DNA of 44,779 nucleotides from Stramenopiles sp. TOSAG23-6 (taxonomy: Eukaryota), in NCBI GenBank assembly GCA_900128565.1, contig LT635928.1, forward strand, positions 1-44,779, written 5' to 3'. Below the pieces are notes generated by a model. It saw only the letters and a list, made by a program, of their open reading frames with translations, had not been told where the DNA came from and made no database searches. The position numbers and the translations under genes are program-made. Shown in pieces: positions 10,987-23,248 of this stretch (the first letter of the stretch is position 1; the number at the start of each line of letters is the position of its first letter).

Positions 10987-11048
10987 TTGTTATCTACAAA
11001 TAGTACAGATGAGACGAAATATTCTATTTTACCCAACTAATTGTTATC
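10940..11048 (+). repeat. 54-bp tandem duplication spanning a stop codon
   Basis: CTACAAATARTACAGATGAGACGAAATATTCTATTTTACCCAACTAATTGTTAT at 10940 and 10994. Confidence 0.9.
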
Positions 11049-11289
11049 CGCAACAAAATGGGGTAATGTAATAAAGTCATCAACTCGTCAACTGTGTAAA
11101 GGTGGTTTCAAGTGATAATAATGAAAATCGAGAATTGTTTGATAAATGTATTTACTTGAGTGCCTTTCCACAATGGAAGATTTTATATGTAAAAAGTATG
11201 TTATATGTAGAAAGTTTTATTGATTCATATTGTTACTTCCTGTCAATTTTTTATCCAATACAACAAAGTACCATTATCAATCATATGAA

Positions 11290-12747
11290 TTAAGCTTTGT
11301 CTTTTTTAGCCTTCTTTTCTTTTTTAGCTTTCTTTTCTTTCTTCTCTTTCTTTTCTTTCTTTGCCTTCTTAGCTTTCTTAGCTTTGGGAGCATCAGGTGT
11401 GGCCTCAGCTTTGCGTTTTGTTCCAGCACCTAAGGAAGAGTCACTCGCATCATTATATGAACCATTCTTAGCTGGGCTTACAATATCCATATTAGTTTGA
11501 CGCTTAGATGCTGAACCAGATAATGAAATATTTGCACCACCATCCATTTGTCTTAATCTGTCTTCGACCTTTGCTCGCATTTCAATACCACAAGAATTAT
11601 CTGAGGTTTCACTGAGTGCATCTATACGGATCGCAAGAGCTGATTTAGCAGCTAAAACACGTGAGATCTTACCCTTATTTTTTGGAGCTGCTTGACCAAT
11701 AAGTGATGCATGATAGATTAATCCATATTTTGGTGTATCACTCTTTGTCTTGAGAGCACGAAACAATGCTTTCTCAGCACCAAGAATTTGAACAGTAGAC
11801 GCAGGCTGTTTAGCAAGGTTCAGCAAAGAACCAGCATGAGCAATTAACCTTGCTCCTACTAACTCACCGACCATAACAGTAAGATTAGGAGCAATAGCAT
11901 TCATACGAGCTTTTAAATAATCACTCAACTGAGCACGATAATCATAAAGACCAACAACTTGTTCACATAGAGTTTGGACATTTTCCAAATCTTGAGCGGT
12001 AACGTCGACACCCATAGATATTGCTGCAGAAGACTTCAAGTCAGCTTCAACTTGTTCGTCAGCTAAAATATCAGAGAAATCCATTTCATTAATTCCTTTA
12101 CGAGTTCCCAATTTGAGCACAATTTGAGCATATGAAAGATTATCCAAAACAACCTTTTGCATCTCTGGAAAGTGCCAACCGTACCATTCCTTAACGCGCA
12201 TGGCGTATGTGTTGATTTCTTTATCAAGGTCGTCCAACAATCCAATTGCTTGGACAATCATCGTGTCAACTTTGTCAGGTGAAAACTTTAATTTATAACG
12301 AGATAAACTATGAGAAAGAGACAATGCCATTTGCTGCATATGTCCTTCCTCGAGACCTTGAATGAGTGAAGACATTTGAGAACGAACACCTCGTACAAGT
12401 TCATTAACCATACGGTTTGACTCACACATGATACCAAGCTTTTTCTTAATCAAACCACCAACTTTTGCATCACATACTGCAAGTGTATCAGTAAGACCCT
12501 TCTTGACAATATGCTTTTTCAAAAACTTTGATAAAGGTTTGTCTAAAGTGCTCTCTACAAGCGCAGTAGCAGCTGCAACTGCAGCTTTCGAGTCATCGAA
12601 TTTATTGAACGCACAAAGCTGTACTGCTTTGTTTGCCTTTTCCGCGGTAGCAAAGTAATCCATTACATTATCTGCATCTTTAAGTACATTCTCATCTGCC
12701 ACTTTGAAAATGGCTTGACCAGCAGCTGTTTCAAATAGAAGAAGCAT
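11290..12747 (-). CDS. NOP58: Nucleolar protein 58 (box C/D snoRNP)
   Basis: MLLLFETAAG start; SLSHSLSRYKLKFSPDKVDTMIVQAI, EWYGWHFPE, PASTVQILGAEKALFRAL; KKE-rich tail. Confidence 0.96.
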   Translation of the reverse strand: MLLLFETAAGQAIFKVADENVLKDADNVMDYFATAEKANKAVQLCAFNKFDDSKAAVAAATALVESTLDKPLSKFLKKHIVKKGLTDTLAVCDAKVGGLIKKKLGIMCESNRMVNELVRGVRSQMSSLIQGLEEGHMQQMALSLSHSLSRYKLKFSPDKVDTMIVQAIGLLDDLDKEINTYAMRVKEWYGWHFPEMQKVVLDNLSYAQIVLKLGTRKGINEMDFSDILADEQVEADLKSSAAISMGVDVTAQDLENVQTLCEQVVGLYDYRAQLSDYLKARMNAIAPNLTVMVGELVGARLIAHAGSLLNLAKQPASTVQILGAEKALFRALKTKSDTPKYGLIYHASLIGQAAPKNKGKISRVLAAKSALAIRIDALSETSDNSCGIEMRAKVEDRLRQMDGGANISLSGSASKRQTNMDIVSPAKNGSYNDASDSSLGAGTKRKAEATPDAPKAKKAKKAKKEKKEKKEKKAKKEKKAKKDKA

Positions 12748-12992
12748 TGTTAAAATACAACGCCAAAATGATCGCCGTATATTCACACCCGTCTTGTTTT
12801 TACTAATTATTCACTGACTCTCCTCGCAAAATTGTTTGTACGAAAATTTCCTACGTAAAGAACATTACCCGGTAACAAGAGTCTCAAAATCGAGTGGGTT
12901 CATTTTTCAAGAAAACTTTTGTCAAAGTACGAGAAGCTGCACTGATTTTACACTACGTGCAGCAGTGTGAAACCAAGACACATCGTAGGAAG

Positions 12993-13187
12993 ATGCACCT
13001 TATGTATTATCTCGGCCCAGATGGTAAGCGCGTTTACACGCTTAAAAAAGCTACGCCAACCGGAAAGCCTTCAGATTCTGCCCACCCAGCACGATTCTCA
13101 CCAGATGATAAATATTCTCGCCAGCGCATTACTGCAAAGAAACGTTTTGGAATGCTTTTGACTCAACGAGAGAGGGAATCATATTAA
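12993..13187 (+). CDS. NOP10: H/ACA snoRNP protein Nop10 (64 aa)
   Basis: [19 protein letters not shown]...[17 protein letters not shown]...KKRFG. Confidence 0.96.
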   Translation: MHLMYYLGPDGKRVYTLKKATPTGKPSDSAHPARFSPDDKYSRQRITAKKRFGMLLTQRERESY

Positions 13188-13573
13188 TACTTCTAACGAT
13201 ATAGATTGTACAAAACAAACACTTATTATATGTCAGTTCATTTTAAATATATAAAACACTACTGCTTTCGGCGGAAGGAGGTTTAATGAATCCGACAATT
13301 TTTTTTGCCTTTGCGTTTAGTTTAGGAACCTTTCATAAAGAAAATAAAGTTTCTTCAAAATACATTTCATTTTAATAACTACCTCCAAATAATATCGAAA
13401 AAGGTACAATCTAAAAGTTAACAATATGATAATTTATAATATAAGCAACAGATATATACCTTTTACAAAGTTTTCCTCACAAACACACCATTATAAAAAT
13501 TCACCACAACACATGAAAATTACACATGAAAATTGATCCAAAATATAATAAATATTCTACCGATAGAAGTCTA

Positions 13574-15313
13574 TTATTTAGTGGGTGAAACAAAATAATG
13601 TGAACTCGTCAATCCGTTTTCAATCCCTGTAAGCAAATTTAACCTAAATTTCTTCGAAACACGAGCAAAATTTGTGATTTGTGTTCGATGATCTAAAAAT
13701 AGTTTTCGATCTTTTAGTTCAGGTGCGAGAAAAGTATCCAACGGTTTTTCAACTAATTCATGCAACGCTTCTGTATTAACTTCAAGTTTTTCTTGCATAT
13801 GCTCAAAAAGATTCTTTTCCTCACCTTTTTCGAGATAATATCCAAAGACATAGGTCCACTGAAGAACTCGTCGAGATTCAATTACTTGAAGCGCAGCTTC
13901 TTTGAGAAACAAAACTTCTGATATATTATATCCTTTATCATGTAATAATCGCTCCATTTTCTTTTCAATATCTGCAAGGCTGCGTTCACCAAAAGTACGA
14001 GCACGGCGATGATTCATGTATCTTTCGAAGTAATGCATATAACGTTCTAAATCATGTTTAGCCATTTGCCTTTTTGACTCAAGTTCTTCCAATTTTCCAT
14101 CTTTTTGTAATTGATCGTATCTATTGCATTTATAATAACCTCCAGTATCGCCACCGTGTTTAGACCAGTCTCCCATGCACATCCAACAAAATTCAAACCC
14201 ACAACCGCCAGCACGCGCCGAACAAGTCATGTGATTACAACCTTGATTTTTTTCTATTGGCTTTCGACACTTCGGACATTGCTTAGTATTTGCCATGATC
14301 CAAGTGACATTTTCACTTTCTGCGCTATTTTTAATGCTCCATTTCTCCATTTGCTCACATGTCGCAGGTCTATGTGCTTCATCTTTACATTTAAAACAAT
14401 ACATATTACCACATGGGCATCGTATATCATATGAACCACCACCAGGAAGATATGATAATAAATCGCATCGCGGAGCTGTACACCATGCTATATCACGATT
14501 TTCATCCGCAAATGAACGCAACACATACCTTTCAAAAGTCTCCAAAGTATTTTTGTCAAGATAACGTTCCCAAAGTTCTTGAGTTACAGCATGGCCGCAT
14601 TCGTGCATTGGACAGCTAAGATAAATACTATTTCTTCCTGTTGTCACTGCAACTGTACAGTGGTCGGCCCAACAATCAGAACAAAAACGATGNCCACAAC
14701 TTAAAGCACTTGTATTTTTTGCATCTACAGTTTCAAGACAACAAGGACATTCCATTTTCACAGCTTTAGGTGGTGACGCTGGTGGCCACTCAGGATCAAA
14801 ACCGACTTTTTTGACAACTTGAGTGGAAGAGTCAAACCATTGTTCTTGAAGCTTATATGAATTCCACTTGAAAAATCGAAGCATAAGAGCAGCNTATTGT
14901 ATTGAGAATATTGAAAAATAATTGGATTAATGAGTAAAAAATAGACATAACATGTTAGTAAAAGCGACTATTGATATCAAAAAACAATGAAACAGTGTTT
15001 AAAAGAAAAGTCAACATCTATAGAAATAAACAGCACGTACCTGCGTCTTTGTCCAACCCATTAGATCAACCATTTCATTCACTAACTTATTCTTTCGCTT
15101 GAATAACATCTTAATTGTAAATATTTTATACGATTCTGTGCGAAGTAGAATTGGAGGTGTCGACCCGCCACCCTCATCACTCATAAAACCAGCCTTGGCC
15201 TCCGACTGTCCTTCGCCATCATATGAACCCACGGAACAATCTCCATCACTATCGTTATACTCGTACTCCATTTCATCTATATCCTCCTCATATTGGTACT
15301 CGTCTTCCGACAT
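13574..15313 (-). CDS. ARIH1: Ariadne-family RBR E3 ubiquitin ligase; exons 15313-15041, 14893-13574 (about 530 aa)
   Basis: Acidic N-terminus, RING1, IBR, RING2 (CPKCRKPIEKNQGCNHMTC), Ariadne domain (LERYMHYFERY, LQWTYVFGYY). Confidence 0.92.
14894..15040 (-). other. Probable canonical GT-AG intron (147 nt)
   Basis: CAG|GTACGT donor, TACTAAC branch, ends CAATAN (last base unresolved); phase 0; lacks the family core. Confidence 0.8.
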
Positions 15314-15514
15314 CGGATTGTTGACTTTTTGGTACAAGTGTCAACAACTTTTCAATGCCGTGATGATTATTATTATTGAAATATGACTATATAGCTATAC
15401 TAGCATAGATGGAGAGACCCAAAACTTGGAAATTTCCGTGCGCGCAGTTTCAGAAGGGGTGCGCGCACTCAAAAAGGCAGGTTTGTCCTTACAGTTACTT
15501 TTTGTCATTTTTGG

Positions 15515-18500
15515 ATGATACTACTGAATATAATATATTCAATTATGGAAATATGCGACAAGCAAGAGGCATCTCAAGCAAAATACAAGGAAAAGAAGTA
15601 TAATTATGATGCTTTAATTGATATGGCACGTCAAATACCAACAAAAAAAAGTCCAAATAAGAAAGTCATATTTCACTTCTCGAATGAAGGTCTAATTGAT
15701 GAATTGGCATCATTTAGAAAACCCAAAAACAACATAGAGCTAAACAACGATAAAAAATCAATCCTACCGAAAGATTTGTTCACATCAATAACATATCCTA
15801 TGAAAAGTAATAATGCAAAGCAACAACGAAATCATTATCATAAGCAGCAAACACAAACCTCAAAGGTCGTTGACAACGAAGAGCGTTTCAAAGAGCTATT
15901 CAGACAGACTATTGATTCGAAACTTGGAATATGCCGGAAAATCTTGGAAAAGAATGCTTCGATTTTTACTTATAATAAATCGAATAGCAATAATAAAACA
16001 AAGAAGAAAGGTCCTACTTGGAACAAAGCTATAGAACATCAATTTTTAGTATTTCGAAAAGCTGTATTTCGTGTAAGTTCTTCTAAACCGTTTTCAACGA
16101 TGCTTTGCTTTCTCATTTCTCCACAACATACTAGTAAGACTTCCGAGGAAGGAAAACCTATACTTGATACCAATGATGACACTTTTTCCAATGAGTATCA
16201 AGACATGGCGGAAGATAAGAGACTAAAATGCATTGCAGAGTTGAATCAAATTTGTGTTCAAATCAAGGCAAATGGCGAAAGTGACTCAAGTAATAAACAG
16301 AAAAATTTCTTGAATAATCTTTGGCAGAAGATAGACACAAATTCGAATGAAGCAGTTTCAATTAGAGAACTTTATGATTTTTTTGAGAAAACTTTTCCTC
16401 CACTTGCTAATAGAAATATCCTTCAAAAGGCATTAAATTCTACTGTGTCTGAAAAAGATACAATAAATAATACAAAATATCCTACTAGGAAAAAAGAGCA
16501 TTTCATTTATCAAAAAGACTTATTTGCAATGTTGAAAAATATTCAAATATACAGCAATAATTATCATAAGATTCAACAATCAAGAAACACATTACATAAT
16601 ACTCTTCGGAAAATTCAAAATCAAGTTGATAGTCTTCAAGTAAAACCTCATGAAAGAATGTTTTATTTGCGAGTAGCAAGACAAATTGATGGAGATCACA
16701 TGCATCGTCAGCACGTAAAGCAATTTTCTCAGAAACATGCTAATTTAGACGATTTTGTTAGTAAAGAACATAGATTAACTGTAGAGCAATTTATGGATTG
16801 CAGGGCAAAATATTTCCGACAAACGAGGCAGAAGTCCCAAAAGAAAAATAAAACAATCAATGATAAGAAACATAAGGCAAAGCAAATAGCAACAAAACGT
16901 AGCAAATTTATTGATGACAAGGATAAAGTTCTACGAAAGTTAAACAAGTTGACAGACCATAGAATATTATCACCAACGCGAAAAATTGAGATTGACGACA
17001 AAGTTACTAAAGTAGACTATAGTACTAAATTTTCAGCAACAACAAAACGTCCAGATGAAACGCTCTCTCCGTTTCTCGACCAACCATTTTTAGGTGAATA
17101 TTTTCCAATAGAAAATCTAGCGATACCAGAACATCATGTTTCCCTGGGGGTATGTTTTATTTTTTTTCAATTTCGAATTTATTTTTTTTGATACGAAATT
17201 TCGTACCTAACAAATTTTACAAAAAAAATATTTTTTCACAATATATGTTCATACAAAATCACCCAAAGGTAGTAAAAGTATGATGAATAATTCTACATCA
17301 GTTTTAGTCGGTGGTGGATTAAATGCAGTAAAAGGAATACAATTGATAAAATCTCCACAAAACCGAGATCCATTGGAGTTGATGATAAAACTTGGTTTTG
17401 AGTATACAAAATGCGTGAAAACATATGGTGGTGGTAAAGCATTGAAAGCTTTTACACAAAGAGAGAAAGAACTATTTGATACAAATGCTACAATTATTCA
17501 AAAGTATATACGTCGTTTGCAATGCATAAATTGGAAATATAGTTTACGTGCTTTACAGACACCTATAGTACTAAGATATGCAATTCATCGGCATTGCAGT
17601 AACTCAATGTTTTTAAAATTACATGATGTTAGAAATATTCTTCAGTATCTAGGTATTTGCATTTCTGAAAGAAATGATAACAAGGATATATTATCTGTAA
17701 GATATCATGGCCCGTATTTATATATGGACTGGGTAGAGGCTAGATTAAATGAACAAAAAACTAAAAATGAGGTGTCGGATATAAATGATGTATTTAATGT
17801 GGATTCCGAAATATTTTATTATTGGTGCAGGAAAAATGTCAGTCATATACTGATACAGCAAAGTATTACAATAAAAGGTACAAATAATAGTCTAAGTGCA
17901 ACTTGTCGGGAGGAAACAAAACTAAATCTATATAGTAAATATTTTTGTAAAAGGCGAACTGAAAATATCCAGCGAGCAAAGTCTGTAATTCGTGGTGCAA
18001 AAGACTTTTTACATTCACATCCAAACATTAGTTTTACATCAAAACTTGAAAATATTTCTAGTGGTCTGGATCGAACTGAAATAAGACAAAGTCAAGTTGA
18101 TGAGTTCAATATATTGCAACTAACACTTAGTGCTCCAGGAAGATTATCTCTTAGTATCACAAATAGCCCAAGAAATCAATCTAAATCAAATATCAAGGGG
18201 AAAATAAAGAAAACATTTGAAGACGAAAATGGTGAAAAACGGCAGTGGTTGGCAAGGAAGAACGCGAATATGTATTTAAAAGACAGAGGTTGGAAGAGGA
18301 AAAGTAAAATATCAAAGTGCAAAGAAAAATTAGATACAATAAAATATTGTAAAGAAATTAAAGAGGTCACAAATGAATTATCACATGTACCAAGTACTTT
18401 CACTCAAACAATGGTAAATTCTGAAGCTCTTGATACAAAATATTTCTCTCCAAAAAAACATCACGAAGACAAAAGTAATAATAAATTTTGTAATGTTACG

Positions 18501-19481
18501 ACTCATGATACAAATGACAAAGGAAATGATAGAATGAATGATGATAGTTTTATTTGTAAGAAAACTACTGAAACTAAACCTTCAGTGGAAGCTGAATTAT
18601 CATCTTATGATCTTGTTGATCAAATTCGTAATATTATGATGGAAACAGAAACGTTATTAGACACAAAACGTAATGCAATATTATTAGAGAGGAAAAGAGA
18701 AAAAAAGAGAAAATCTAGATTTAAATTACAGAGTACTGAAGGAACAAAAGCAGCAACTTTGCGATTAAAAGCACGCAAAATTGAAAATGATTCAAAACAG
18801 AATGAAATGCGTATCAAATCTGAAAAATTTCATAAAGAATCTGCGGATAAGTATACGGTTGAGTTACAACGAAAACTTNAAATACAACAACAATTAGAAT
18901 TAGAAGTTCGTGGCATTTCCCAATTAGCAGAGAAATTAGCAATTGAAAGCGCAAATAATGGGCATAAAATATCGGACACAATTTGGTTTGCATTGACGAA
19001 TGGAAATTCAGAAAAAAAGTCTGTTTCACTTGACAAAGTCATAACATTTGTCAAACATCGATGGTCATTACTTGATGATAGAGCAATGCTTCGATTAGCG
19101 TATCAAAAGACTTTAGCTGAAGATGATCAAGATTTGTGTTTACATGTGGATATTGCTGATCTTGAACTTAACACGAAATCAATAGATAAGACACATCAAG
19201 TAAGGAAAAAAATATGTAGAGGTATAAGTAAAAAACATCTACCAGTACTTTTCACAAAAATTACTATGGCTTGCTCAAAGTATTTAAACGTACAAGTTAG
19301 AAATCTATTGAAAAAATCTACGACAAAAATAAGCAAAAACACTGAAGAGTTAGAATATGATAGGCAGATAGAACAATTTTCTTCGTTGGTCAGAGAATCA
19401 GATATGAAACCCGAGATGAAAATGATTGATAATTTAGTAGAAGAATTATGGAATAATCCTGATAAATTTCAAAAGAAATAA
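15515..19481 (+). CDS. Large basic protein with two degenerate EF-hand-like modules and an IQ-like motif; exons 15515-17149, 17247-19481
   Basis: Two ORFs joined in frame by a family intron; LWQKIDTNSNEAVSIREL; ATIIQKYIRR. Confidence 0.65.
17150..17246 (+). other. Non-canonical GT-AT family intron (97 nt)
   Basis: GGG|GTATGTTTT...TACGAAATTTCGTACCTAAC...TTCACAATATAT|GTT; phase 0 joins both ORFs; no AG inside. Confidence 0.8.
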
Positions 19482-19694
19482 AAAAAAATAACACGAAATC
19501 TGTAAGACCGTTACGTATACGTCTGAGTGTAGTAACGGATGAGTCGGTACCTTATATATAATAATTATATACAAGTAGTATTTGATTTGAGATTTTTTCA
19601 ATCTTCAACTTCAACGGTAAAGAAAACACCTTGATATCATCACCCCCCCCNGATTTTGAGTATATTCAAGAGAGGAAAAGTATTATTTTGTAAA

Positions 19695-22600
19695 ATGAAG
19701 AATCGGAAATATTGGCGAATATTTATAGTATTAGCCATTGTGGAGTTTAGTTCATGGTGTTTCGCGGGTGAAAAAGAATTTGTTGACAAAAAGTGTGCAG
19801 GGGGTGTTGTTAAACCAACAATAACAGGTATTCAACCTGCCGAAGGTCCAGCAACTGGAGGTTCAGTGATTACCATTACAGGTGATTTTGGCACAATTGA
19901 TCCTGGTGATATGCTCACTATTACAGTCAATAGTGTAATGTGTGGAAAGGTAAAAGAAGGTGGTGTCGTAAAGTCACTTTATCGGTCGAAAACAGAACTG
20001 GTATGCGAAACAAAGAAAAGTGATGTTAATAAGGATGAAACACCAGCAGAAGTGAAAGTAAAATTTTTAAACGATGACGATTATAAAGCTGTAACATCTT
20101 TTAAACTTATCCGATGTAAACCGGGTACCTTTGCTGATATGTCCGCAACTCCTTTTAAGTGTTCCACTTGTCCTGGTGGGAAATATTCGACAACGTCTGG
20201 TCAGACTGCATGTCTTGACTGCCCCGCAGGAAAATCGCGCCTAGCTTCTTCCTCAGACCACACAGTATGTAATGACTGTCCTGCGGGTTATTTTCAATCC
20301 GAAACTGGGAAAGAAACGTGTGAGAAATGTTGGCCAGGTTGGTATAACTCTGTCACAGGTCAATCTAAATGCAAAATGTGTGCAATAGGCACTTATAACC
20401 TTGTTTCTGGTTCAGCTTCTGAACGAGCAAGCAGTTGCTTAGCATGTCCTACGGGAGCATTTTGTCCCGGTGGTCCTGTAATTATTCTAACACAAGGATA
20501 CTGGAGAGATCGTTCCGTAAAATATTTAGCATCTGTTCATAAATGTGACAATACAGGTTGGGATGAGCGTTGTGGAGGACTTACTGAAGCTAACGTTGTG
20601 GAATATCTTGCAAAATTCCAAGCTGCAGAAATGAGTGTTGAAAATTACGGTCATGGAAATTATGCATTAGTCGATGAACCATTGGATGTTACAATACAAT
20701 CTAATCTAGGATATTCTATGAATCAAATACTTCGGGAAATGAAAATGCCGGAGAATAAATGTGGTACAGGGGCAATAGGGGTATTATGTCATGCATGTAA
20801 TTCAACAGCAGGTTATGTTCCTGGTGACGAAACTGGTAAATGCATTAGTTGTGACAATTCATTAAGTGATGCAACATTAATTCAAGCAGGTATATTAGGT
20901 TGTCTCGTTCCTTTTTTTATAGTCTTCTTCTTTGTACAAGTCATTAAACGACCACCACCTAGTGCTAGAGACCCTAATGATATAAAGGCAAACAATAGAA
21001 TCCATCATATTCGACATGAACTTAGTCGACATGTTGATGATCCTGAAAGATTATTTCAAGCAATGATGCGTAGTGCAGATGTTGCAAATGCAGATTTAAA
21101 AAAAGATGGTGTCTACATCACAGATGATGTTGATGCTGAGATGAAAAAAGCATTTGAAGATGCTGATTTATCTGATGAAAGTGAGATAAACCAAAAAAAG
21201 GAGAAGAAGAAGAAGAAAAAGAAGAAGAAAAAGACCCAGGATAGAACTGGTATTGGCTTCAACAGTGATGGAGAAGAATTGAATATTGGCATGGATGAAT
21301 TTAAACGTGTTTTACTTCAACATATTTACTCCGAACAAGCTCACCAAGAACGGTTAGAGAGAAAAAAACTTAAAAACAAAAATGGAAAAAATATTACCAC
21401 CAAAAATAATGATAGCTCAAGCGATGACTCAAGCGATGACGACTTTGCAAAGTCATTAAAAGAATCATTAGCTGATGCTGATGTCACAAACAAAAGCAAT
21501 AAGAAACCTACAAAACGGTTAACTGTTCCTTCGGACGCCGAACTAAACGCTCTATTTCATTGGATCGACAAGGATGGAAGTGGCACTATTAGTTGGTCTG
21601 AACTTACAAATCAATTAAAAACTACAAAAACAGTAAAAGGTATGAGTGCATTGGCAATTGAAAAGGGTAGACGAAGTATAGCATTAAGTCTTCAATTAGG
21701 TCAAAGAACAACAACATTAGCTGCAATGTTAAATGGCAAAGCAAAGCTGGCTATTAGTTACATGCAAATTATATCTCAATTTGATATAGTTACAAATATA
21801 AATTGGCCAACTTCGTATACAAATTTTATCGCAGGCTTAAAACTGATAAATATTGATATCACCGGGGCTTTTACTACAATTGATTCGTGTTCCTTTACAC
21901 TTCCGTTTTGGGCAACATTCCTTGGTCACCAGTTATTATTTCCTATCATATCTCTACTCTTATTAATTTCTTATTATGTTGCAATAGGTGTAGGTTCATG
22001 TAGTGCATGGAGCATAGCTAGAAAACTCAGATATAAAGTTGCTACTGGAATGTCAACCAAGGTCATGGACGTCAGAGGGAATGATTCAATATTTGATGGT
22101 ACTGAAAACTTCCCGTCTAAAGATTTGATGTGGGATAGAATTGTTCAAATTCAAACATTTACTTTTTTTCTTTTGTTTCCCTCAATTGCAACATCAATAG
22201 TGAACATGTTTTTTTGTGTAGATATCGATGGTACAAAATATTTATATGCTGATAAGAGTGTGCTATGCTCAGGGAGTAGTTATACGTATGTGATACTTCT
22301 TGCAAGTGTCAGTTTTGTGGCATTTCTCATAGTGATACCTGGATTATACTTCAGATTACTATACACACATAGGAATGAAATATGTCGAGATGATCGTGAT
22401 ACAAATGGTTCTGAGGAATATCAATCAATTAGACGAAAGTATGGTATGTTATTTAGACAATATAACGGTGAAGATTGGTATTATGAATTTGTGGAAATGA
22501 TCAGAAAGTTTCTTCTCACTGCAGGATTGTTAGTAATGCCTGATGATTATACTATATTAACAGGTATTATAATAGCATTTATTTTCGCCACTATATTAGC

Positions 22601-23189
22601 ACATACATTCCCATATATCGATCCACTTGATGGAGTTTTACAAAATATGATATTGACGGTGTTGTTTGCTACTCTATTGTGTGCTGAAGTATTGAAAAAC
22701 TATGGTGCAAATGATATGGACAAACATGGATATTATAAGACCGCTGAAGTCATTGCGCCTATACTCATTACATTTAATGCGATTTTAATTATAGCTACAA
22801 TTGTTGCACTGTATCTCGTATTTCGACGTTTTTGGGACACACTCAAACAGGAAACCGATACACCTGGATTAGCTGGAGCAGTCTTTCGAACAACACATTT
22901 TATTGGTAAAAAAATCCATAATACTCGGGAAAGTAGAAGAGCGTCTCGACTTAGGAGAGCAAAGAGAAAGAAGAAGAAGAAACAAAGAATGATGATGGAA
23001 GTGAATCTAGTACGAAAAGTTCATATTGCGAATGAAAATGCTAGAGAAATTGAAGAAGCGACTGAAAAAGAAAAGGCAAAAGCTCGAATGAAAGCAAAAC
23101 GACAGAAAAATTTACAAAATAATGATGGCGATGATAATGAAAATTCACATGATAATGATGATGTACATTATATGGATACCAATGAGTAG
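19695..23189 (+). CDS. Cell-surface multi-pass protein: signal peptide, IPT/TIG, Cys-rich (GCC2/GCC3-like) repeats, cytosolic EF-hand, multi-TM C-terminus
   Basis: PTITGIQPAEGPATGGSVITITG; CxxCPxG repeats; DKDGSGTISWSE; YGMLFRQY...WYYEFVEMIRK. Confidence 0.8.
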   Translation: MKNRKYWRIFIVLAIVEFSSWCFAGEKEFVDKKCAGGVVKPTITGIQPAEGPATGGSVITITGDFGTIDPGDMLTITVNSVMCGKVKEGGVVKSLYRSKTELVCETKKSDVNKDETPAEVKVKFLNDDDYKAVTSFKLIRCKPGTFADMSATPFKCSTCPGGKYSTTSGQTACLDCPAGKSRLASSSDHTVCNDCPAGYFQSETGKETCEKCWPGWYNSVTGQSKCKMCAIGTYNLVSGSASERASSCLACPTGAFCPGGPVIILTQGYWRDRSVKYLASVHKCDNTGWDERCGGLTEANVVEYLAKFQAAEMSVENYGHGNYALVDEPLDVTIQSNLGYSMNQILREMKMPENKCGTGAIGVLCHACNSTAGYVPGDETGKCISCDNSLSDATLIQAGILGCLVPFFIVFFFVQVIKRPPPSARDPNDIKANNRIHHIRHELSRHVDDPERLFQAMMRSADVANADLKKDGVYITDDVDAEMKKAFEDADLSDESEINQKKEKKKKKKKKKKTQDRTGIGFNSDGEELNIGMDEFKRVLLQHIYSEQAHQERLERKKLKNKNGKNITTKNNDSSSDDSSDDDFAKSLKESLADADVTNKSNKKPTKRLTVPSDAELNALFHWIDKDGSGTISWSELTNQLKTTKTVKGMSALAIEKGRRSIALSLQLGQRTTTLAAMLNGKAKLAISYMQIISQFDIVTNINWPTSYTNFIAGLKLINIDITGAFTTIDSCSFTLPFWATFLGHQLLFPIISLLLLISYYVAIGVGSCSAWSIARKLRYKVATGMSTKVMDVRGNDSIFDGTENFPSKDLMWDRIVQIQTFTFFLLFPSIATSIVNMFFCVDIDGTKYLYADKSVLCSGSSYTYVILLASVSFVAFLIVIPGLYFRLLYTHRNEICRDDRDTNGSEEYQSIRRKYGMLFRQYNGEDWYYEFVEMIRKFLLTAGLLVMPDDYTILTGIIIAFIFATILAHTFPYIDPLDGVLQNMILTVLFATLLCAEVLKNYGANDMDKHGYYKTAEVIAPILITFNAILIIATIVALYLVFRRFWDTLKQETDTPGLAGAVFRTTHFIGKKIHNTRESRRASRLRRAKRKKKKKQRMMMEVNLVRKVHIANENAREIEEATEKEKAKARMKAKRQKNLQNNDGDDNENSHDNDDVHYMDTNE

Positions 23190-23248
23190 ACGTAAAAATC
23201 TAAGAGAAATATTTCAAAACTACAGATGAAAGTTAGTTTTATTATATA

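Noticed and set aside
12894-12992. N-terminal extensions of NOP10 (and NOP58) from the ORF track
   Set aside because: Conserved proteins start at 12993 and 12747; the NOP10 extension begins at GTG
13260-13340. Possible snoRNA downstream of NOP10
   Set aside because: No convincing box C/D pair or H/ACA double hairpin by eye
1236-19651. Scattered N bases giving X residues
   Set aside because: Single-base ambiguities that keep the frame; no evidence of recoding
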